Shown: piece by piece, positions 18,091 to 25,406 of the stretch
Layout: every line of letters starts with the position of its first letter
Position numbering within the stretch: position 1 is the stretch's first letter
DNA from: an uncultured bacterium
Lineage (GTDB): Bacteria; Zhuqueibacterota; QNDG01; DSAB01
DNA: 30,896 bases
Assembly (NCBI GenBank): GCA_964464265.1
Contig: CAYXFJ010000001.1
Location: 3,377 to 34,272 of the forward strand
Reading direction: 5' to 3'
Made by a program: the position numbers and the translations under genes
Notes under the pieces: model-generated
The model's database searches: none
Told to the model about the DNA's origin: nothing
The model's input: the letters and a program-made list of their open reading frames with translations, nothing else

Positions 18091-18102
18091 AACCTTTTCC
18101 TA

Positions 18103-20400
18103 TTAATACCGGTAATAACTGTATCCCTCATGTGCAATTTCCACACCGGCGCAATTGAGAATTGCCCCGGCGACTTTTGCCTGAACGTTCTGGAACATCT
18201 CAAGCTTCCGCTGTAAATCGTCCCTGTTGGTCTTACCGGCCCGGATCAGCACTGCGATCCCGTCCACAAGCGTTCCCAGAATGATGGCATCGGAAGTGGC
18301 GATCAGCGGCGGAGTATCAAAAATGACAAAATCATACCGTTTTGAGATGCCTTCTATGAACCGCTTCATCCGGACCGATCCCAGTAATTCGGATGGATTG
18401 GGTATCATCGATCCGCAGGTGATAAGCGTGAGATTTGGAATATAGGTCTCGTGAAGGACATCCTCAAGTGCGGCCACCCCTGTGAGATAATTGGTCAGCC
18501 CGGGTTTTTTCGGACAGTTGAAGGTATTGTGTAAAACACCGCGCCTGAGATCTGCATCGATCAGCAGCGTATTGGACTTCTGCTGTGCCAGAGTTATCGC
18601 CAGGTTGGCTGCTGTGAAGGATTTGCCCTCTCCCGGAGAAACACTGCCGATGGCCAGCGTATGCAGGGGTCCGACGCCCTTGGAGAAAAGAAGATTGGTC
18701 CTCAGGGATCGGTACGCCTCTCCCACGGGTGTGGGTGAATAATCATGTGTAACGATCTGAGAGCTGATGCTTTTCGCTTTTTCAGAATCCTGGAGTTCGT
18801 ATTCATCGAACTTCACCATGGGAATGATCCCGAGGAGCGGTATCTTCAAATGCCTTTTCACATCATCACGGGTCTTGATGCTCCTGTCAGCTGCCTCGAG
18901 CAACAGTACGATCCCTACTCCGAGAAACATACCGATAAAGGCTCCCAGAATTGCTTTCTTTTTCTTGTCCGCACTGAGAGGCCTGTCCGGCGGAATGGCC
19001 CGGTCCACCCAGGACACATTCTCCACGGTTACCGCTTCTGAGATCTGTGCATCCTTGTACCGTCTCAGAATTTCCTGATATATCTCCTCGTTGGCCCGTC
19101 TTTCGCGTTCCATTTTCAACTGTCTGAGGGCTTCCGCAGGGAGGGTGCTGAGGCGCTTCTCCAGAGAATCGATTGAAATGGTCATTTCATGGATCTGGCC
19201 GTCCAGTGCCCTCACCTTTTCGTTCGCCAGACGGGATATCTTCTCTTCAATGACATTTATCTGTTCAGAGAGTTCCACTACCCTTGGATTGGTCTCCGGA
19301 TAGTTGTTGAGCAGGCCTGCTCGGATCTGATCCATATCGTCCATCTGCTGCCTGGCTACGGTCATATCCGCATTCCCTTCAAATATGGGCCTTCTGGCCA
19401 GCTCTCTGTACACGTAACGTTCAGCCTTTCCCAAATCTACATCGTCCGATAAGGGATTCAGCCTGTTGAGCAGCATTTCGAGTTCCTGCTTCTGCATCGT
19501 AAGGCTGGCCATCGTGGTCTGCATGGTCTCCATACTGTTCAGAGATCTCCTCGTCGTCTCATCAAGTCCCACAAGATAGGTATCCCGGAAACGTTTCAGC
19601 TGATCGTCGGACTTGTTGAGTTCCGACTGAACGATATCCAGCTGATCCCTCAGATAATTGCTGATGAGCCGGCTCTGATTCCTTTCTATTTCTATGCTTT
19701 TATAGATAAAGATCTCTCCAAGCAAATTCACGGTCTGGCTGACCAGATGCGGATCATTGTCTCTGAGTGAAATGCTCATCAGATCCCCGGTTCTGCTGAA
19801 ATTGACCCTGACCCGGTCCCGCAGGGATTTCACCGTGCCCCTGAAATCCTTTACTTCGAAGGCAACACTATTCCGGTTCCTGAATAATCCTTCCTTCAAA
19901 GCGAACGATATCCCGTTATAGGTGACAGTGTCCTCTGTCAGATTCTTGACGAAAAGGCTGTCCACACGGGACATACCCCTGTAAATCGCGCAGGTCCCTA
20001 TGGGGTAATAAAGAAAGGAATAAATACCCGTTACGGCAGTCGAAGTGGTCGCGATCTTGTTGAAGACATCGTTCCGTAAAAGCTCGGGTTTGTCCTCTTC
20101 CTGTATAAGCTGTACGGTCAGCCCCAGTTCCGCAGTCACTTCTTCGACAAAGCTCCGGCTTTTCAGTTTCAAACTGCGCTGCTGTATGAGATTTTCAGGG
20201 AGTTCACCGCCTACATTCTCAAAACTGATCCATGCTTCCGCTTCATAAACCGGCGGTTGTTTTTTCAGGTAAAGGATCCAGGGAACTGTCACGACCAGAG
20301 TGACCAGTCCCACGAGCCACCATTTTTTCAGAATGACACGGAGGTAACGCCTGAGGTCCAAACTTTCATTGTTGTTTTTTTCTTCAAAAAAATCTTCCAT
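18103..20400 (-). CDS. wzc: Polysaccharide co-polymerase / BY-kinase (PCP-2a)
   Basis: 765 aa; two TM segments flanking a coiled-coil periplasmic domain, EAYRSLRTNL, Walker A SVSPGEGKS, A' LLIDADLRR, B VIFDTPP, C-terminal Tyr cluster GYSYYRY. Confidence 0.95.
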   Translation of the reverse strand: MEDFFEEKNNNESLDLRRYLRVILKKWWLVGLVTLVVTVPWILYLKKQPPVYEAEAWISFENVGGELPENLIQQRSLKLKSRSFVEEVTAELGLTVQLIQEEDKPELLRNDVFNKIATTSTAVTGIYSFLYYPIGTCAIYRGMSRVDSLFVKNLTEDTVTYNGISFALKEGLFRNRNSVAFEVKDFRGTVKSLRDRVRVNFSRTGDLMSISLRDNDPHLVSQTVNLLGEIFIYKSIEIERNQSRLISNYLRDQLDIVQSELNKSDDQLKRFRDTYLVGLDETTRRSLNSMETMQTTMASLTMQKQELEMLLNRLNPLSDDVDLGKAERYVYRELARRPIFEGNADMTVARQQMDDMDQIRAGLLNNYPETNPRVVELSEQINVIEEKISRLANEKVRALDGQIHEMTISIDSLEKRLSTLPAEALRQLKMERERRANEEIYQEILRRYKDAQISEAVTVENVSWVDRAIPPDRPLSADKKKKAILGAFIGMFLGVGIVLLLEAADRSIKTRDDVKRHLKIPLLGIIPMVKFDEYELQDSEKAKSISSQIVTHDYSPTPVGEAYRSLRTNLLFSKGVGPLHTLAIGSVSPGEGKSFTAANLAITLAQQKSNTLLIDADLRRGVLHNTFNCPKKPGLTNYLTGVAALEDVLHETYIPNLTLITCGSMIPNPSELLGSVRMKRFIEGISKRYDFVIFDTPPLIATSDAIILGTLVDGIAVLIRAGKTNRDDLQRKLEMFQNVQAKVAGAILNCAGVEIAHEGYSYYRY

Positions 20401-20438
20401 CGATGGATCCTTTTTTTACTCCCTTCTTTGGGTCATTA

Positions 20439-21155
20439 TTACCAGGAGCCTGTACGCAGCCTGAGGTAGAGCAGCGCAAGTGATGTAAAAAGATTCACCA
20501 GCGTGATCATGAATCCGAAGTTAAATCCGCCTCTTCCGGGAGTGATGATCTGGTCACCTGTCTCGATCCCGATTTCCTCGAGAGAATACCCTTTTTCGTA
20601 ACTGTGCAGTAAATCCTTCATCACGACCTGTCCGGTGCGTTCCACCCTCATTCTTTTGAGGTCTGCATCAGCAGCCGGACCGTCCGCCAGTGCCACGAGA
20701 TTCCAGAGCGAACTGGCAGGATCAGCATAGTATACTCCCGACTTGTTGAATGCGCCCTGCATCGTGACACGGATCAACGGCCTGACGTAAATATAGGGAT
20801 TCCTCAGGTATTGTGTGAACTTCTCCTGTAATGTCTGCATCAGTTCATACGCAGTGACACCCTTGACACGGACCTCCCCTATAATGGGAAGAATGATAAA
20901 ACCTTCTGAATTGATGGGATAATCCCCGCTCAAAGGCAGGGTTCTCTCCTCATCCTGATAGAGTTCCCATATCTGTATGCGCACTGCATCACCTGGTTGA
21001 AAAACATTCAAAGACCTGACGGATTTACTCCATTGGGAATTCTCCTGGGACTGTACATGAACAGCACTGGCCAGAAATCCTAAAGATAGAGCAGCAAGAA
21101 TCGTCGTAAGGTATTGTAAACGCTTAGTTTGTCTTTTTGCACTCAATTCTGCCAT
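20439..21155 (-). CDS. wza: Short OPX polysaccharide export protein (Poly_export + one SLBB), non-lipoprotein
   Basis: FQPGDAVRI...INSEGFIILPIIGEVRVKGVT...L (PES motif), VTMQGAFNKSGVY, ETGDQI, hydrophobic C-terminus. ATG 21155 has GGAG 7 nt upstream (track start 21176). No cysteine in the protein. Confidence 0.85.
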   Translation of the reverse strand: MAELSAKRQTKRLQYLTTILAALSLGFLASAVHVQSQENSQWSKSVRSLNVFQPGDAVRIQIWELYQDEERTLPLSGDYPINSEGFIILPIIGEVRVKGVTAYELMQTLQEKFTQYLRNPYIYVRPLIRVTMQGAFNKSGVYYADPASSLWNLVALADGPAADADLKRMRVERTGQVVMKDLLHSYEKGYSLEEIGIETGDQIITPGRGGFNFGFMITLVNLFTSLALLYLRLRTGSW

Positions 21156-21212
21156 GATTCCACTCCACGATTGCAAAATGTTCCGTCTCCGACATGGCTT
21201 TGAAATGCAAAT

Positions 21213-21221
21213 AACATACCA
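21213..21221 (-). promoter_or_regulatory. Candidate extended -10 promoter for the polysaccharide operon
   Basis: Minus-strand TG-G-TATGTT downstream of the terminator and 57 nt before the wza ATG; TTGAGA is only 13 nt upstream, so there is no canonical -35. Confidence 0.3.
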
Positions 21222-21248
21222 CCCATCCCCCTCTCAAAAAGCCCAAAT

Positions 21249-21274
21249 AAAAAAAACATCCGATGCACGGATGT
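21249..21274 (-). terminator. Rho-independent terminator after the STAS-HTH gene
   Basis: Minus strand ACATCCG-TGCAT-CGGATGT (7-bp stem) followed by TTTTTTT, starting 33 nt after the stop. Confidence 0.75.
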
Positions 21275-21307
21275 CATCATACACACACCCCACTGTAAGT
21301 CAGCCCA

Positions 21308-22012
21308 TTATCTGGACCGGTAAAACCTGTATCTTTTAACTTTGGTTTCAAGGTTCAGCTTCTTCAAGAGCGAATGCAGTTTTAATAAGTTGATCTTTGC
21401 ATTTCCGTATTTCTCCAGTCTGAGTTGCTTCTGTATGCTCCTGATCCCCCAGATCGGATTTTCCACCACGATCAACTTGATCTTTTCCACGAGCGGATAA
21501 TCCTTCACGGGCAGTTTTTCTTTCCGTCCGGTATCCTCTGAAATCCCGGTCTGACCGGTGGAAGCCACAGGAGAACCCGGGTAACGCACATGCTTTTTGG
21601 CACTAATCTGAGGAACGCCTTTTCTCTCTTCCGGCTTCGTTATATTGATGCCCCGGATGATATCGAACTCGTCGATGGCTTCTTCGATGGAATCGTAATA
21701 ATTGAGAATGCGGTTGAATTCCAGCATTTCGAAGACTTCGAAAACTTCCGGAGTCATCTGTACGATCTTGATATCACCGCCTTTTTCCCTGATATTCTTT
21801 ATCTCTCCCACGAATACTCCCCACCCCGCACTGCTGATGTAGGAAACTTCCCCCAGATCAGCAATGATCTGATAACGTTTCTGTTTCATGAGAGATTGTA
21901 TCTGTTTGGTAAGGTCCAGGCAGGTCGTGGTGTCAACATACCCGGTGATCGTAAGCAGGACAACATCCAGCCGCGCACCCACATAATTGACAGAGACTTT
22001 AATGCCTTGCAT
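21308..22012 (-). CDS. STAS (anti-sigma factor antagonist) domain fused to a basic C-terminal HTH-like domain
   Basis: aa 1-115: TITGYVD, IIADLGEVSYISSAGWGVF, GGDIKIVQM...VFEVFEML...YDSIEEAI. aa ~120-170 low-complexity linker. aa ~172-234: IVVENPIWGIRSIQKQL...LLKKLNLETKVKRYRFYRSR. Confidence 0.85.
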   Translation of the reverse strand: MQGIKVSVNYVGARLDVVLLTITGYVDTTTCLDLTKQIQSLMKQKRYQIIADLGEVSYISSAGWGVFVGEIKNIREKGGDIKIVQMTPEVFEVFEMLEFNRILNYYDSIEEAIDEFDIIRGINITKPEERKGVPQISAKKHVRYPGSPVASTGQTGISEDTGRKEKLPVKDYPLVEKIKLIVVENPIWGIRSIQKQLRLEKYGNAKINLLKLHSLLKKLNLETKVKRYRFYRSR

Positions 22013-22059
22013 TGCGTAACCTTTCGCCTACTCGCCGGATCAACAATCGCAGCCCGGAA

Positions 22060-23541
22060 TCATTTTCTTTTCATTGCGCATCTATGGTAAAGCTGAATGT
22101 ATTTCTTTGCAGGTGTATTCCAGGAAAGATCTTCACGCATCCCGTTCTTCACGATCTTCTGCCATACATTCTGATTCCCGTACAGAGTGACGATACGGTT
22201 CAGCGTCCTGATGAACTGCCCCCTGTCCGAAACGGGAAAATGAAATCCCGTCCCTTTTCCTGTGCTCGGGCTGAAAGGTACAACTGTATCGACGAATCCT
22301 CCTGTTTTACTTACAAACGGAACTGCCCCGTATCTCATGCCCGCAAGCGGGAGAAGACTGCAGGGTTCGTTCTTCGAGGGAACCAGGACAATATCCGATC
22401 CTGCAAGAATATGACGCGTCAGATCCTGATCCCTGTCAGCCTGCAGCACTATTCGTTCACGGTATTTCCTGACCGCTGCTGCAAAGAATTTTTGAAACGC
22501 TTTATCACCGGAACCCTGAAGAACAAGCACGACATCCATTTTCATGATTTCCCCTATGGACTCCGCAACGAGACCCGTGCCCTTTTCTTCAGTGAGATCG
22601 GATACCATGGCAATCACCGGCCTCTTCGCTGAAAACGGTATCCCGAACCTCTCCATGAGTGTCTTTTTGTTCTCGCTTTTACCTTCGAGATGGCTGACTG
22701 AATAATGTGCCGTAATGGAAGGATCATCCTCCGGATTCCAGAACGCTGTGTCGATTCCGTGGGATATGCCGTACAAACTATCCTTCCTGGATTTCAAAAG
22801 TTCCGGAAGGCTGGGATCGAAAACGGAATCCGAGCTTATCTCTTTCACATAATTTTCGCTGACCGTGCTGACAACATCCGCAAATTCCAATCCTGTTTTC
22901 AGAAAGCTGCATTTCCCTCCGTCTTTCCGCTGCACTTCATCCTGTTCCCTGTCCATGACCATTTGCGCAATACAGTCGGAGTTGAATTGACCCTGCTTTT
23001 TAAAATCATGCACTGTAAAAAGGGAGAATATTTTTTTGAAGAACGGATCGTCAGCATAGCTGCTCTTCAACAGGAAGGGGATCATTCCGGTCTGCCAGTC
23101 GTGGCAATGGATCACATCCGGTTGCCATTGAAGCTTCACAAGGGTTTGCAGCACACCCTTGGAAAAGAGAATGAACCTTTTATCGTTATCCGGATACTCG
23201 AGTCCGTTCCTGGGGTTACGGTATATCCCTTCTCTGAAGAAAAAAGGTTTATAGTCAATAAAATACACCTGCACCTTGGAGTTGGGCAGGAATGCTGATT
23301 TCACGTTGATCTTGAGTCTTTCCTTTCCAAGGGGAACTTCGATATTCTGCAGACGAATGACATCCCTTAAAACATATTTACGTTCGTTCGTCATACGGTA
23401 CTGCGGAGTGATCAGACGCACATCATGACCCATATCCTTTAAAATCCTGGGCAGCGCGGAACCGACATCCGCAAGATCCCCTGTCCTCGCAAAAGGTGCG
23501 ATTTCCGGAAAGACCATTAATATTTTATATTTTCCCTTCAT
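22060..23541 (-). CDS. glgA: Glycogen/starch synthase (GT5) homolog with degenerate catalytic motifs
   Basis: 493 aa; full GT5 architecture (EIAPF, GHDVR...PQY, DVIHCHDWQTG, GID...WNPEDD, AGSDIVLVPS..EPC, YGAVP..KTGG..DTV, GTGF, DLSW) but KTGG->RTGD, SRL->SDL, EPCG->EPCS. Confidence 0.8.
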   Translation of the reverse strand: MKGKYKILMVFPEIAPFARTGDLADVGSALPRILKDMGHDVRLITPQYRMTNERKYVLRDVIRLQNIEVPLGKERLKINVKSAFLPNSKVQVYFIDYKPFFFREGIYRNPRNGLEYPDNDKRFILFSKGVLQTLVKLQWQPDVIHCHDWQTGMIPFLLKSSYADDPFFKKIFSLFTVHDFKKQGQFNSDCIAQMVMDREQDEVQRKDGGKCSFLKTGLEFADVVSTVSENYVKEISSDSVFDPSLPELLKSRKDSLYGISHGIDTAFWNPEDDPSITAHYSVSHLEGKSENKKTLMERFGIPFSAKRPVIAMVSDLTEEKGTGLVAESIGEIMKMDVVLVLQGSGDKAFQKFFAAAVRKYRERIVLQADRDQDLTRHILAGSDIVLVPSKNEPCSLLPLAGMRYGAVPFVSKTGGFVDTVVPFSPSTGKGTGFHFPVSDRGQFIRTLNRIVTLYGNQNVWQKIVKNGMREDLSWNTPAKKYIQLYHRCAMKRK

Positions 23542-23615
23542 GAGATCCCTTGAAAGAGATTGAATGCTCCTGCTGAACCCGCAGCCCCCTGAAAAGAATA
23601 TCTCGGCAGGGTCTC

Positions 23616-24419
23616 CTAATTTTCAAGCTGTTTTAAGAACCGTTTCGCCGTACCGACGAATTCACTCGCCGGATAATTATCAATGACCTTCTGCAACTCT
23701 TCCTTCGCTTTCTCGTTTTCATTCATACGCATGTAACACAGCCCGATCTTAAGTTGCGAATCCGGATTTTTATTGGACCTGTTGAAAGAGAAAACCTTGT
23801 AAAATGCGACGATAGCCTGCTGGTAGTTGCTCATCCCCCAGTAGGATTCTCCAATCCAGTACTGGCAGTTATCAGCGAGTTCGTTCCGGGCATCTTCATC
23901 CAGAAGGGATTCGAATTTCTGAATGGCATCACGGTATCGTCTCGCTCTGTAATCCTGTAGGGCTTCCTGATAACGTTCATCGAACGTGCTGCCTTTCCAT
24001 TGAGGCGCAGGCTTCACCACATCAGGTTCAGCCTCTTTATACGCTGTGGAGGCTTCAGGTTGTCTTGAGCTGCTCGTGGTTGTTTTTGGAGCACTGCTTT
24101 CAGACGGAATCTCTCTTCTTTCAGGCACACTTTCATCCAATGCTTCGGCACCGGCCGGAGCTTTTGTTCCCTGATCTTTGGCAGGCTGTCCCTCCTCCGT
24201 TACTCCCAGAAGCTTGAGCACATCATCTTCAGCCAGATTCTCGCTTTCAGGAGGTGCTTCAGGTTCCTCTTTCAGGCCAAGCAACTCGTCAATATCTGCG
24301 GCTTCTTCTGAGGAAGCGTCGTTTTGCACTGTTTGTTTGGGACCCCCACAGCCTAGAAACCATGTAAGTCCAACCAGCACGGCGATCAGGACAGGACTCT
24401 TCAATGAATTTGCTTTCAT
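23616..24419 (-). CDS. Lipoprotein with acidic disordered linker and C-terminal YbgF/CpoB-like TPR domain
   Basis: Lipobox FLGC (Cys24); YQEALQDY...YRDAIQKFESLL...LADNCQYWIGESY...AIVAFYKV...DSQLKIGLCY...AKEELQKVIDNYP; SD AAGGAGG. Confidence 0.8.
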   Translation of the reverse strand: MKANSLKSPVLIAVLVGLTWFLGCGGPKQTVQNDASSEEAADIDELLGLKEEPEAPPESENLAEDDVLKLLGVTEEGQPAKDQGTKAPAGAEALDESVPERREIPSESSAPKTTTSSSRQPEASTAYKEAEPDVVKPAPQWKGSTFDERYQEALQDYRARRYRDAIQKFESLLDEDARNELADNCQYWIGESYWGMSNYQQAIVAFYKVFSFNRSNKNPDSQLKIGLCYMRMNENEKAKEELQKVIDNYPASEFVGTAKRFLKQLEN

Positions 24420-24449
24420 AGCCCCCTCCTTAGATATTAAAGGGCGAAC

Positions 24450-24490
24450 AATTATTTTAATCTTATAAATTTATAGAAAATAATTAACAA
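24450..24490 (-). promoter_or_regulatory. Sigma70-like promoter (TTGTTA-N17-TATAAG) overlapped by AT-rich inverted repeats
   Basis: -35 at 24490-24485, -10 at 24467-24462; perfect 12-bp palindrome TATAAATTTATA at 24464-24475; outer arms AATTATTTT/AAAATAATT at 24450-24458 and 24477-24485. Confidence 0.45.
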
Positions 24491-24502
24491 AATCAAGTTT
24501 TT

Positions 24503-25303
24503 TCACTCTGGTCTTCCTGCTTTCCTGTGCTTTAAGAGGAAGATCACACCCGCAAGTGCCATACACAACGAGATAACCTGATTGAATGTGAAAAGGGTTC
24601 CAAGAACGGAAAAAGTAACTGAGGTTTCGTAGTAACGCACCCAGTCCACCAGGAATCTGCCTGTCCCGTACATCACGAAAAAAACCGCTGCTGAAAATCC
24701 GGTGAACCGCGGCTTGCGTTCCAGAATCAGGATCACCAGCAGGATCACCAGACCATAGAGGGATGAATAGAGCTGTGTGGGATGAATGGTTTCCTGAAAG
24801 ATAGATCCTGCGGCACTGTTCAGGGGGAAACGGATACCCCAGGGCAAATCACTCGGTTTTCCGAAACAGCATCCATTTAAAAAACATCCGATACGCGTTA
24901 AAAAAAGACCCATGGCGAAACAGGGTGCCATCACATCGAGGATTTTTAACAACGGGAGTTTCTTGATCCTGCAATAAATAAGAATTGCCGCTATGGCAAG
25001 AACCACGCCCCCCAGCATGCTCAATCCGGCGATGCCAATGGTACCTGAGCTCTGGAAAGGGCTGATTGAGTCAAGCCAGTGCCCGCGGAATTCATCGATA
25101 TGGGTTATCACGTAGAAAAACCGGGAACCGACCACTGCACTGATGATAATGATCAGTGACATATCCATGATCTTGTTGCGGTCCAATCCCCGTTTCTGGG
25201 CGCGGTACATAGCCCAGTATATCCCGACGAGAAAGGAGACCGCCAGAAGCAGGCCGTATCCATGTATCTCAAGACGTCCTAACCTAAAAAGTACCGGTAG
25301 CAT
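24503..25303 (-). CDS. lgt: Prolipoprotein diacylglyceryl transferase
   Basis: 266 aa; IHGYG, GSRFFYV, GLSMLGG, LDVMAP...RIGCFLNGCCFG, HPTQLY, YGTGRFLVDWVR; SD CAGGAGGT. Confidence 0.95.
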   Translation of the reverse strand: MLPVLFRLGRLEIHGYGLLLAVSFLVGIYWAMYRAQKRGLDRNKIMDMSLIIIISAVVGSRFFYVITHIDEFRGHWLDSISPFQSSGTIGIAGLSMLGGVVLAIAAILIYCRIKKLPLLKILDVMAPCFAMGLFLTRIGCFLNGCCFGKPSDLPWGIRFPLNSAAGSIFQETIHPTQLYSSLYGLVILLVILILERKPRFTGFSAAVFFVMYGTGRFLVDWVRYYETSVTFSVLGTLFTFNQVISLCMALAGVIFLLKHRKAGRPE

Positions 25304-25406
25304 ATATTTATGACCTCCTGTGGTAGGTTATCGCTTTTTTCTAAAAACAAAAAACACGTATCATCCAGCATCCTTTGAGCCGACCTGCAATTTTCATGCA
25401 CCTGTA

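Noticed and set aside
21213-21226. GGTGGTAT as an ops/JUMPStart element upstream of wza
   Set aside because: Only 6/8 match to GGCGGTAG, no JUMPStart context and no RfaH-like gene in the window; better explained as an extended -10.
21308-21500. Possible IS element suggested by the transposase-like HTH
   Set aside because: No DDE catalytic domain, terminal inverted repeats or target duplication; the HTH is in frame with STAS.
15653-25398. GCATGAAAA...GGTCG shortly after the stops of both the priming transferase and purH
   Set aside because: One shared 9-mer among about ten intergenic regions is roughly chance level, and the flanks do not align.
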